Shown: one piece after another, positions 10,279 to 19,520 of the stretch
How the letters are laid out: every line of letters begins with the position of its first letter
How positions within the stretch are numbered: the stretch's first letter is position 1
Assembly (NCBI GenBank): GCA_003278145.1
Contig: QCGV01000001.1
Location: 323,626 to 387,625 of the forward strand
Direction: 5' to 3'
From: OCS116 cluster bacterium AG-390-A19
GTDB taxonomy: Bacteria; Pseudomonadota; Alphaproteobacteria; MED-G09
DNA: 64,000 bases
Notes under the pieces: model-generated
What the model saw: the letters and a program-made list of their open reading frames with translations, nothing else
What the model was told of the DNA's origin: nothing
Databases searched by the model: none
Made by a program: the position numbers and the translations under genes

Positions 10279-11556
10279 ATGAAAAAAGGTAGTATTAAAT
10301 TATCTGATATTAATTTTTTAGATCCTGGTTTACAAGAGGATCCTTATGAAGCTTATGAAGTCTTAAGAAGAGAGGCTCCTGTTTATTTAAGCTCTGATAC
10401 TGGTTTTTTCGTTGTCTCTAAATATAATGATTTAAAAAGGGTGTTAACTGACTATGAGTTCTTTTCTAGAGATTTATCAGGGTATTGGGATAAAGAAATT
10501 AAAGAAGAAAATAAAAAAAATGGTTACTGGAAGAATGGAGAAAAAGTTAAAAAAGTTTTTATGGAAAAGGGTTGGAGACAGATAGCAACTTTTGATTCTG
10601 AACCACCAAATCATACAAAATACAGAAAAGCATCAAATCCAAGTTTTACAGCAAGTAAAATAAGAAAAATGGAACCTTACATAGAGATTCTAATTAATGA
10701 ACTAATTGATGAATTTATTAATGATGGTGAGGTCGAATTTATTTCACAATTCTGCATTCCTTTACCCATGAATATTATTCAAGATAGATTAGGTTTTCCA
10801 AAAAAAGATTTATCAAAGTTAAAGGCTTGGTCTTTTGATACATCAGAGGGTTTAAGTCAAAGATTAACTGAAGATGAAGAAATCGCTTGCGCAGAGAGAT
10901 TAGTGAAGTTTCAGCACTATATGAATGACACATTTGAGGAAAAAAGAAAAAACCCACAAGAAGATATTATCTCAGATTTGGTTAATTTTAGATTTGAAGA
11001 TGGAAGTCAATTAATAACTGAAGAGCTTTTATCAATGGTAAGCGCTCTTAATATTGGAGGTAATGAAACTACAACTAATTCAATTGCTGGTGGAATGTTA
11101 ATTCTGATGCAACAAAAAGAAAAACTAAATGATTTAATAACTGGAAAAGCTAAGCTTAAAAATTTTGTAGAGGAAATTATTAGGCTTGAAACGCCAGTTC
11201 AAAGTCTTTTTAGAAGAGTTCGAAAAGATGTAACATTAGGTGATGTAACTATTCCAGAAGGTTCAATAATTGATATGAGGTTTGGTTCTGCAAATCGAGA
11301 TGAGGATATATTCAGTTGTCCTATGCAAATGGACTTAGAAAGAAAAAATCCAGGAAAACACCTTGCTTACGGCATATCCCATCATCATTGTATTGGTGCC
11401 CCGCTAGCTAGACAAGAAATGAGAATGGCCTTCGATATATTGCTTAAACGTCTTAAAAATATAAATCTAGCCGAAAATAAGAATGATTTTCTTCATCACC
11501 CTCACTTTGCTTTGAGAGGTTTAAAAGAGCTTCATTTAACTTTTGAAAAAGGTTAA
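10279..11556 (+). CDS. Cytochrome P450
   Basis: I-helix GGNETT, K-helix EIIR, SANRD, heme loop YGISHHHCIG. Confidence 0.93.
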   Translation: MKKGSIKLSDINFLDPGLQEDPYEAYEVLRREAPVYLSSDTGFFVVSKYNDLKRVLTDYEFFSRDLSGYWDKEIKEENKKNGYWKNGEKVKKVFMEKGWRQIATFDSEPPNHTKYRKASNPSFTASKIRKMEPYIEILINELIDEFINDGEVEFISQFCIPLPMNIIQDRLGFPKKDLSKLKAWSFDTSEGLSQRLTEDEEIACAERLVKFQHYMNDTFEEKRKNPQEDIISDLVNFRFEDGSQLITEELLSMVSALNIGGNETTTNSIAGGMLILMQQKEKLNDLITGKAKLKNFVEEIIRLETPVQSLFRRVRKDVTLGDVTIPEGSIIDMRFGSANRDEDIFSCPMQMDLERKNPGKHLAYGISHHHCIGAPLARQEMRMAFDILLKRLKNINLAENKNDFLHHPHFALRGLKELHLTFEKG

Positions 11557-11568
11557 TATAGGACCTCT

Positions 11569-12333
11569 ATGAATAAAACAGCGCTTATAACAGGAGCCTC
11601 TTCTGGTCTTGGAAAAGATTTTGCAACCTTATTTGCTGAGAAAGGCTATGATTTAGTTCTTACTGCTAGAAGAAAAAAAAATTTAGAAGAAATAAGCAGT
11701 AATCTAACCAATCAATTTGGAGTAAAAGTCTTTTTCATTTCTTACGATCTTAGTGATTTAAAATCGACTGAAGAAATTTATAATTTTTGTGAAGAAAACA
11801 AAATTCAAATTGATCTTTTAGTTAATAATGCCGGTTATGGGTTAACTGATAGTTTTGAAGAGATTTCTCTAAAGGATCATATCGATTTTATAAATGTATT
11901 ATCGACTTCAGCAATTGCATTAACAAGATTATTTTTACCTGGAATGATAAAAAGAAAATTTGGAAGAATAATAAATATTTCTTCTGTTGCTGCCTTCGCT
12001 CCTTATACAAATTCTGGTGGTATGTATATTGCCACAAAATTAATGCTCCTAAAATTTTCAGAAATGATTCATAATGATTATAAGAGTAAGAATATTTTTT
12101 CTTGTTCTGTATGTCCTGGTTTTACCCACACCGAATTTCATAAAGATATGAAAGAGTTTAAAAGTTCTATCCCTTCTTTCATGTGGATGGACTCAAGAAC
12201 TGTAGTTGAACAAGCATACGAAGCCTCAATGTCTGGCAAAGAAATAATTATAAATGGTTGGGGCTATAAAATTTTAGTTTTTTTAATGAAAATAACGCCA
12301 AAATGGCTTATTAAAGCACTTTCAGGTCAATAG
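11569..12333 (+). CDS. Short-chain dehydrogenase/reductase (DltE/KDSR-like)
   Basis: TGASSGLG, NNAG, catalytic YIATK. Confidence 0.9.
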   Translation: MNKTALITGASSGLGKDFATLFAEKGYDLVLTARRKKNLEEISSNLTNQFGVKVFFISYDLSDLKSTEEIYNFCEENKIQIDLLVNNAGYGLTDSFEEISLKDHIDFINVLSTSAIALTRLFLPGMIKRKFGRIINISSVAAFAPYTNSGGMYIATKLMLLKFSEMIHNDYKSKNIFSCSVCPGFTHTEFHKDMKEFKSSIPSFMWMDSRTVVEQAYEASMSGKEIIINGWGYKILVFLMKITPKWLIKALSGQ

Positions 12334-12373
12334 GCGATAATACAAATAAGTTTAATTAAATAAGGGGATTTCT

Positions 12374-13309
12374 ATGACATTAGTAACAGTTTTTGGTGCT
12401 TCAGGGAGAATGGGGCAGGCACAAGTTCGTCAATTATTACTAGCCGGTTATCAAGTAAGAGCTATCACCAGAAAAAAAGGTGTTTTTAAAGATGAAAATG
12501 TTACCGAGGTCTCAGCAGATTATAATGATCCTGAAAGTTTAGATAATGCAATAGAGGGAGCTGATGCTGCCTTTTATAATAAACCTTCCTTTGAACAAGT
12601 TACAAAAATGATTGATTTTTGTGCCGCTGTTGGAGCAGCTGCAGCAAGAGCGGATGTAAGACTGATATATCAAACAGCTGCATACGCACCTGATGACGAG
12701 ATTGGTCAGTATAATTATGATAGAGTTTTAGCTACTGAAAGAGCTCTAAAACAAGGTGGAGCAAGAACAACTATTTTTAGACCAGTATTATTTATGGATA
12801 ATACTTTAACCAAGTGGGCTAGAAACGATATTATTGAAAATGACGAATTTGCTTATCCTCATAAAGAAGGGCTTCAAGCTAATTGGATATGTTTAGATGA
12901 TGTTGCTAAATTTATGATTGCTGCTTTAGAGAGAGATGATCTTATAGGTAGAGCAATGGTAATAGGTGGTCCAGAAGTTTTAACTCCTCAAAGAATTGCT
13001 GATACATTGTCCGGACACCTCGGAAGGTCTATAAAGCCAAAAACTTTAACTCCAAAAGAGTTTGCTATTCGTATGGCAGATATTTTTGAAGGTGTGAGCG
13101 ATATTGGTAGAGAAGATTATATAGCAGCAATGCAGGGTTTTTATGAATATAATAATGAAAATGAAGATAACCTAAATCCTTTTAAGGTTGATATGGAAGA
13201 TGTGTTAGAGGAAATCCCAATAAAATTAACAACTTTTAGTGAATGGGTAAAACAACAAGATTGGGTTCCTATTGATGATGATGATGTAACTACTCCATCA
13301 GGTGGGTAA
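12374..13309 (+). CDS. NmrA-like atypical SDR
   Basis: GASGRMG, RPVLFMDN, DDVAK, GGPE. Confidence 0.8.
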   Translation: MTLVTVFGASGRMGQAQVRQLLLAGYQVRAITRKKGVFKDENVTEVSADYNDPESLDNAIEGADAAFYNKPSFEQVTKMIDFCAAVGAAAARADVRLIYQTAAYAPDDEIGQYNYDRVLATERALKQGGARTTIFRPVLFMDNTLTKWARNDIIENDEFAYPHKEGLQANWICLDDVAKFMIAALERDDLIGRAMVIGGPEVLTPQRIADTLSGHLGRSIKPKTLTPKEFAIRMADIFEGVSDIGREDYIAAMQGFYEYNNENEDNLNPFKVDMEDVLEEIPIKLTTFSEWVKQQDWVPIDDDDVTTPSGG

Positions 13310-14050
13310 TTATAAAATTTTCGGAATTATTGCTTTTCGATCTTTTGGATAATTATCAAATTTATCTTTATACCAAGAGTGATGTTTTAAAGCTCTTGGA
13401 AGAAGATTAAAGATTGTCCAAAGAGCAAAAACAAACCCTGATAAACTCCAGGTCATTATTGCCCAACCTATCCATTCAATAATTTCTCCAAAGTAGTTTG
13501 GGCTTGATACCCATTTATAAAAACCGCCATATGGAATTTGATATCCTTTTTCCTCTTTTGATATATTTAATAATATTCTGTCAGAATGAATATTTATTGC
13601 CATTCCCAAAATAAAGATGCAAAGGCCAATTAAGAAGTTTGAATTTAAAAGCCATGAAATATCATATTGATTATCCATAAAGAAAAACCAAAAACCATGA
13701 AAAGAAGCATTAAAAACATTAAAAATAAAAGCTAGAATAGCCACAACTAAAGGCATAGAACCATTTTTATCAATTAAAAAAGGCCAAATAATACTTCGAT
13801 TAATATAATGAATAGACCAAATAAATAAAAATATTATGAGAACAATATTGGTAAAATCAGCATAAAGAAAATAAAACAACCACATAACATAAAGAGCCGG
13901 TGTTTCCATCAAAATCCACCCAAATCTTTTTTGTAAATTTGGACCCCAGCCCGATCTTATATGACGACCATATGGGGCAGTTATAAAAAGAAGAATAAGA
14001 AATGTTATTATTCCAATACCAATCCAAGAATTTATAAGAATTTGAAACAT
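13310..14050 (-). CDS. 3-oxo-5-alpha-steroid 4-dehydrogenase (steroid 5-alpha-reductase, SRD5A-like)
   Basis: APYGRH, HYINR, NIHSD, YQIPYGG, PNYFGEIIEW, NLLPRALKHHSWY; multi-TM. Confidence 0.88.
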   Translation of the reverse strand: MFQILINSWIGIGIITFLILLFITAPYGRHIRSGWGPNLQKRFGWILMETPALYVMWLFYFLYADFTNIVLIIFLFIWSIHYINRSIIWPFLIDKNGSMPLVVAILAFIFNVFNASFHGFWFFFMDNQYDISWLLNSNFLIGLCIFILGMAINIHSDRILLNISKEEKGYQIPYGGFYKWVSSPNYFGEIIEWIGWAIMTWSLSGFVFALWTIFNLLPRALKHHSWYKDKFDNYPKDRKAIIPKIL

Positions 14051-14100
14051 TATTTTTTTAGGTTAAATTAAAATTTGATTCTTAGCTAAAGGATAATCAT

Positions 14101-15024
14101 TTGCAAAGAAAAATTTGGATAAACGGAGATTATGTTAATTGGGAAGATGCTCAAGTTCATATTTTATCGCATTCACATCAACGTGGTTCGCTAATTTTCG
14201 GATTCATACCTATTTTTGAAAACGATGGAGCTGTCTCTCTATTTAGACTAAATGATCATGTAGACAGGCTTTTTAACTCATGTATTTCAGCTGGGATTCC
14301 TATATCTTATTCACCTATGGATATTAAATTAGCGATTAAAGATACAGTCAGAAAAAATCCGGGGAGTAAATTTGCAAAAATTAGTGTTTATATTTCATCT
14401 GTTGAGGTTGACGTAGTTCCTCAAGACCCCTTTTCTAGTATTGCTATTGCAGCTTATGACCCTGAAGCAGATATAATCTCTAAAAATACTCAACCTTTTC
14501 ACTCATCAAAAGAGCTAAGTGTATGGCTAGAAAAAGAGAAACACCAAAGAAGATCTGATATTATACCTCCCCAAATCAAAATTGCTGGAAATTATACATC
14601 ATCAATGATGGCCAAATGGAAAGCTAGGAAAAATGGATATGATGAAATTATCCTTACTGATCAAGATGGTTTTATAACTGAAGCACCAACATCAAATGTT
14701 TTTTTGATAGACAAATATGATACCTTGTTAACTGCACCTGAAGAAGATGTTCTTTATGGTATAACTAGAAAAAGTATTTTAGAGATTGCTGATGATGAGG
14801 GTATAAAAACTAAAATAGAAAAAATACCCCTCTTAGAATTAGAAAATGCTAAAGAGATTTTTGTAAGCTCCTCCTCTCATTTGTTAACACCTGTAATTAA
14901 AATTGATAATAAAAAAGTTGGTAATGGTAAAATCGGTGATCTTACAAATAAATTAAAGAATAGATTTTCTAAAATTATACAATCTAATGATAAATTTTCC
15001 CAAGATTGGCTAGAAAATATATAA
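14101..15024 (+). CDS. PLP fold-type IV aminotransferase (IlvE-like, divergent)
   Basis: IWINGD..WEDA, KIAGNY (PLP Lys), EAPTSN, LYGITR; TTG start. Confidence 0.85.
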   Translation: MQRKIWINGDYVNWEDAQVHILSHSHQRGSLIFGFIPIFENDGAVSLFRLNDHVDRLFNSCISAGIPISYSPMDIKLAIKDTVRKNPGSKFAKISVYISSVEVDVVPQDPFSSIAIAAYDPEADIISKNTQPFHSSKELSVWLEKEKHQRRSDIIPPQIKIAGNYTSSMMAKWKARKNGYDEIILTDQDGFITEAPTSNVFLIDKYDTLLTAPEEDVLYGITRKSILEIADDEGIKTKIEKIPLLELENAKEIFVSSSSHLLTPVIKIDNKKVGNGKIGDLTNKLKNRFSKIIQSNDKFSQDWLENI

Positions 15025-15039
15025 AATGATGGAGTAAAA

Positions 15040-15132
15040 ATGAAAAAATTTTTATTAGCATTACTAATTTTTATAATTATGGCTGTTTGTTTGTCACCGA
15101 TCTTTTTTTTAGCCCTAAGCTTTTTTCAATAA
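15040..15132 (+). CDS. Small hydrophobic protein (30 aa)
   Basis: GGAG at 15031-15034, then MKKFLLALLIFIIMAVCLSPIFFLALSFFQ*; too short for the ORF track. Confidence 0.55.
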   Translation: MKKFLLALLIFIIMAVCLSPIFFLALSFFQ

Positions 15133-15151
15133 TTGGTTTGATTAAAAATTT

Positions 15152-15172
15152 GCATAATTTGTCAAATTATGC
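15152..15172. promoter_or_regulatory. Perfect 10-1-10 palindrome, probable transcription-factor operator of the TonB-dependent receptor
   Basis: gcataatttg-t-caaattatgc, ending 37 nt upstream of the ATG. Confidence 0.6.
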
Positions 15173-15209
15173 GGTTATGTGACAAATAATAATAATTTGG
15201 GGGAAAATT

Positions 15210-17360
15210 ATGAGGAATAATTTCAAATTTCTTGTTCTGAGCTTATCTTTATTTTCTATCTTATTGTTCAATAATGATAAGATTGCTGTTGCTCAAGAAA
15301 CAAGTTTAGGTCTTGAAGAAATCATTGTTACTGCAAGAAAGAGGGAGGAAAGTCTTTTAGATATCCCTGAGACAGTTGTAGCATTATCTGGAGAGACTAT
15401 TTCAAGGCATAATATTAAAAATTTAGATAAAATTGGAATGTCTGTTCCTAATCTTAACCTAAACACAAGAACTGACGGATGGCCAAATGTTACTATGCGA
15501 GGTATGGGTGCCTTCAGTCTTACACAAGGTGTTGGTTTTTATTTGGATGATGTTCAGCTATTTGGTGATGCCTCCTCTAGATTCGGTGATTTAGATAGAA
15601 TTGAAGTCTTAAAAGGCCCTCAAGGTGTTCTTTATGGTGGAAGTAATATTGGTGGTGCTGTTAAGTTTATTAGCACAAGACCTTCTCCTGATGAAACAAC
15701 TGGCCATATTAAACTTATGGCTGGAGAACAGAGCTCAACTGATGTTGAAGGCTCTATAAATTTACCAATTGGTAATGAATGGGCAGTCCGTCTTTTTGCT
15801 TTTACAAGAGAAGATGATGGTTTTATGTACAATCCAACAACCGATGACGATAGTGTGGCGGGTTACGAGGAAAGTGGTGGCAGAATATCTATCGCCGGAC
15901 CTTTATCAGATAATTTATCTCTTTATGCTTCATTAAGATCTAATCAATATGATGGACCGAATAATAATTGGGCTCTTGAAAGAGGAACTGCACCAAATTT
16001 TGATTATCCATATATTAATGATATTGAAACACCTTCAAATAATGATAAAGAGACTTATGGTGCAAGTGTAGAGCTTGTTTGGGAACTTGATGGCTTTGAT
16101 GTAACAAGCATAACATCTTATACTGATACAGAAGCTAAAAGACTTACTGATGTCGATCTGCAACCTGAATTATGGCTTAATGCTCAACAAAATGAAACTT
16201 TCGAAGCAACTATTCAAGAGATAAGATTTGCGTCTAATACAGGTAATAATCTTCAGTGGCAAGCAGGATTATATTCCTCAAAAATGGAATGGGTTGAAAG
16301 ATCAACCACAAGGTTTGGACCTCAAATTTTTGGAATAGATCTTACTATTCCTGCAAAGCATGATGACACTGAAACTACTCATTTAGCAGCTTTTGGTAAC
16401 CTTACATATACTTCAGGGCCATGGGAAATTGGTTTTGGTTTAAGGGTTGATTCTTGGGAAAGAAAGAAACTTGTACCTGCTGAAGTTACTGAAAGTGGTT
16501 TAGATCATGCAAATTCAATTGATGGAACTGAGGTTCTTCCTAGACTATCTATTTCTAGAGAGATTGATGATGATACTATGTTTTATGTTACTATATCAAA
16601 AGGCTATGAGCCTGGTGGCCTAAGACATGAACCAGTTACTTTTGATTCTCAAGGTAACCCATCCTTATCAACTTATGGTAAAGAAGAAGCCTTGCAAACT
16701 GAAATTGGATTAAAAGGTTCGTTTATGGATGGAAGAGGTAATTTCTCTGCCGCGGCATTTTTGATAGACTATGAGGATAGGTTGTTTACTACTATTGTTC
16801 AGTCAGCAACAGGTCCTTTTGAATCAGTTGGTAATTCAGGAAACTCTGAAAATGTAGGTTTTGAGCTTGAGCTTGCATATCAAGCGACTGAAAACTTATC
16901 TTTGGCTGCAGCTTTTGGTACTTTAAGTGCTGAATGGGATAGAGGAACTATCATTAATGGTGTTGATATGAGTGGTAGAACTCCATCAGGGTCTATAGAT
17001 AATGGTATGGCTTTGGCAGCGAATTATGAAAAACCATTAAATAATGGTATGGAATTCATTGCTGATTTTCAATATAATAGACGTGGTACAAGTGCTAGTA
17101 TGCCAGCTCATAATTCAATAAAAAATCCTAAATATTATACTCTAAACCTTACTACAGGTATTAGATCTGGTAATTGGGAATTTATGATACATGGTGAAAA
17201 TCTAACCGATGAGCAATATTATACCGATCTTGAGAATTGGGTTAATTTAGGAGCAGGTGGTGCTTTAGACCCTGTTAATAATATGACAGACCCTTTCTAT
17301 ATTATTGGTACACACGGACATCCTAGAATGATTTCCGGAAGTATATCTTATAGGTTTTAA
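15210..17360 (+). CDS. TonB-dependent outer-membrane receptor
   Basis: Signal peptide, TonB box LEEIIVTARKREE, RIEVLKGPQG, NLTD, C-terminal Phe. Confidence 0.95.
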   Translation: MRNNFKFLVLSLSLFSILLFNNDKIAVAQETSLGLEEIIVTARKREESLLDIPETVVALSGETISRHNIKNLDKIGMSVPNLNLNTRTDGWPNVTMRGMGAFSLTQGVGFYLDDVQLFGDASSRFGDLDRIEVLKGPQGVLYGGSNIGGAVKFISTRPSPDETTGHIKLMAGEQSSTDVEGSINLPIGNEWAVRLFAFTREDDGFMYNPTTDDDSVAGYEESGGRISIAGPLSDNLSLYASLRSNQYDGPNNNWALERGTAPNFDYPYINDIETPSNNDKETYGASVELVWELDGFDVTSITSYTDTEAKRLTDVDLQPELWLNAQQNETFEATIQEIRFASNTGNNLQWQAGLYSSKMEWVERSTTRFGPQIFGIDLTIPAKHDDTETTHLAAFGNLTYTSGPWEIGFGLRVDSWERKKLVPAEVTESGLDHANSIDGTEVLPRLSISREIDDDTMFYVTISKGYEPGGLRHEPVTFDSQGNPSLSTYGKEEALQTEIGLKGSFMDGRGNFSAAAFLIDYEDRLFTTIVQSATGPFESVGNSGNSENVGFELELAYQATENLSLAAAFGTLSAEWDRGTIINGVDMSGRTPSGSIDNGMALAANYEKPLNNGMEFIADFQYNRRGTSASMPAHNSIKNPKYYTLNLTTGIRSGNWEFMIHGENLTDEQYYTDLENWVNLGAGGALDPVNNMTDPFYIIGTHGHPRMISGSISYRF

Positions 17361-17383
17361 TAGCTTATATTATAAATAAATTT

Positions 17384-17412
17384 AAAGGCCCTTGTTTAAG
17401 GGCCTTTTTTTT
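17384..17412. terminator. Intrinsic terminator, probably bidirectional
   Basis: aaaggccctt-gttt-aagggccttt followed by a T run, between convergent genes. Confidence 0.85.
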
Positions 17413-18310
17413 ATCTAGATCCGAATTCTTTTTTAATATCAGTTGACATTTTTCTAGACCCATCATGACTCCAACCAGGGGGTGCAAATAGATAGAAAAA
17501 TTTTTGTTTTATGGAAATATCTTTCCTTAGCATATCCTTTAAGATATTCCAGTATTCGTGGAAGGCTATTTTAATTGGATTAAAGGTTTCCAAATCTTTT
17601 ACTAGGCCATAATCTGGAAACTTATCTTTATCTTCTTCAGCAAAAGTATTAAATAATTTATCCCATATGATAAGGGTACCTGCGTAATTTTTATCAAGAA
17701 ACTTTGGGTTTTTTCCATGATGAACTCTATGATGTGAAGGAGTATTAAAAATTGCTTCTACCCAATTAGGAAGTTTTCTTATTGTTTCTGTATGAATAAA
17801 AAATTGATATATGGCATTCATTGCCCCACAAAAAATAACTAAAACTGGGTCAAAACCAATTAAAATTAAAGGAATTTTTAAATACATTGTCCCTGTAAAA
17901 TGTTTTGTCCAACCTTGTCGAAGAGCTACCGCTAGGGAAATTCTGTTACTGGAATGATGAGTTACATGCATTGCCCATCCCCACCTACACCTGTGTACTA
18001 TTCTGTGGTGAGTATAGTATCTGAGATCATCAAGAATGAAGCAGATTATAACTGTCCATATTGTAAGGGGGAGTTTAGTTATTTGATATTGTTCAAACCA
18101 AAATAAAACATTCAATGTAATAAAAGCAGATAAACCGTTTGTAACAACGCTTGTTAAACCCATAAATATAGATACTGAATTGTCTTTTGTATCAATAGTC
18201 CCATTAGTTTTTAAGAATTTAATAGCTAAAATCTCTAATAAAATTGCTAAAAAAAAGAAAGGGATAGCTATTAAGGTAACTTCTAGATTTATTATTTTCT
18301 CTAAACTCAC
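17411..18310 (-). CDS. Sterol desaturase / fatty acid hydroxylase family protein (alkylglycerol monooxygenase-like)
   Basis: His boxes HHRIVH, HVTHHSS, FFIHTE, TPSHHRVHHG; ALRQ, DKNYAG, WDKLF. Confidence 0.85.
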   Translation of the reverse strand: MSLEKIINLEVTLIAIPFFFLAILLEILAIKFLKTNGTIDTKDNSVSIFMGLTSVVTNGLSAFITLNVLFWFEQYQITKLPLTIWTVIICFILDDLRYYTHHRIVHRCRWGWAMHVTHHSSNRISLAVALRQGWTKHFTGTMYLKIPLILIGFDPVLVIFCGAMNAIYQFFIHTETIRKLPNWVEAIFNTPSHHRVHHGKNPKFLDKNYAGTLIIWDKLFNTFAEEDKDKFPDYGLVKDLETFNPIKIAFHEYWNILKDMLRKDISIKQKFFYLFAPPGWSHDGSRKMSTDIKKEFGSR

Positions 18311-18332
18311 TTTTATTCTCTTATCTTATTTT

Positions 18333-18408
<76 letters not shown>

Positions 18409-18467
18409 TTAAAATATATGTTGCTAGAATATACGGATATTATTAATACAGTAAATAAACTTTTATA

Positions 18468-18674
18468 ATGAGAGAAAAGAAAATGACTCCTGAGCTTTAC
18501 AAACTTTTTTTACAAATGGCGATTATTGGTGCGATAACAGGTGTTCTGGGATTTTTATCAGAAAAATATCAAGAAACAATATATAGTCGTATTTTAATGT
18601 CTTTAACTATAATGTTTTCATTAATAATGTTTTATAAAGTTTATCAAACTCTTAGGATATGGATCTCTATTTAA
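18468..18674 (+). CDS. Small hypothetical membrane protein (2 TM)
   Basis: 68 aa ORF filling the gap between the tRNA and phnE; two hydrophobic segments. Confidence 0.55.
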   Translation: MREKKMTPELYKLFLQMAIIGAITGVLGFLSEKYQETIYSRILMSLTIMFSLIMFYKVYQTLRIWISI

Positions 18675-18689
18675 ATATTTATCTAATAT

Positions 18690-19520
18690 TTAATCGTTTA
18701 TAAGTTTTTCTCTAAGAAATCTGGATAATTTATCAATTAATGCAACCATGATAAGTATTATTATTATTATGAAAAATGCTTGATCCCAGTATTGCGCCTT
18801 CATTCTCTCTGATAATTGAAGTCCTATACCGCCAGCACCAACTATTCCTAATATAACAGCTGATCGAGAGTTAGATTCAAAGAAATAAAGGCTCTGAGAA
18901 ATAAAAATTGGCACAACTTGCGGCATCAATCCAAATCTAATAGTAGATAATTTTGTTGATCCTGATGAAACTAGCCCTTCAATTTGTTTGTTATCACTAT
19001 TATCTGCAGCTTCTGAATATAGTTTTGATAAAGTTCCTGTATCAGCTACAAAAATTGCTAATACTCCTGAGAGAGGGCCTAAACCAAAAGCTCGAACAAA
19101 AATTAAAGCCCAAATAAGAATATCAACTCCGCGAATAAAATCTAGAATCCTCCTTACAATAAACCTAAATAAGTTTATTTTTGTAACTTGTCTTGATGCA
19201 AGTAACCCTAAAGGAATAGATATTACAGAGGCAGCAAAAGTTCCCAGAAAAGCCATAGCTAAAGTCTGTAAAATACCAACCAAGATTGAATTAAAATTCC
19301 ATGATAGAAAATCATTCCAAGTGACCATTGAAAGTAATATTGGTTTCATTTTGTTCAGACCGTTTAAAAGTTCGGTAACTGAAATATTAAAATATTTTAT
19401 TGAAAAAATTAGGTATGAAAAAATTAGTAAGGAAAAGAAAATTTTTAAAGGTGAACGTTTCCATAATGGAGAAAATATTTTTGGATAAAGCGTCACTATC
19501 TCTTGATTAGTCATTTTCAA
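18690..19520 (-). CDS. phnE: Phosphonate/phosphate ABC transporter permease
   Basis: GLGPLSGVLA, ESNSRSAVILGIVGAGGIG. Confidence 0.9.
   Translation of the reverse strand: MKMTNQEIVTLYPKIFSPLWKRSPLKIFFSLLIFSYLIFSIKYFNISVTELLNGLNKMKPILLSMVTWNDFLSWNFNSILVGILQTLAMAFLGTFAASVISIPLGLLASRQVTKINLFRFIVRRILDFIRGVDILIWALIFVRAFGLGPLSGVLAIFVADTGTLSKLYSEAADNSDNKQIEGLVSSGSTKLSTIRFGLMPQVVPIFISQSLYFFESNSRSAVILGIVGAGGIGLQLSERMKAQYWDQAFFIIIIILIMVALIDKLSRFLREKLIND

Noticed and set aside
18988-19488. Long shadow ORFs (also 7661..8083, 48021..48584, 59977..60303 and others)
   Set aside because: They lie opposite or inside well-supported genes and have no recognisable motifs
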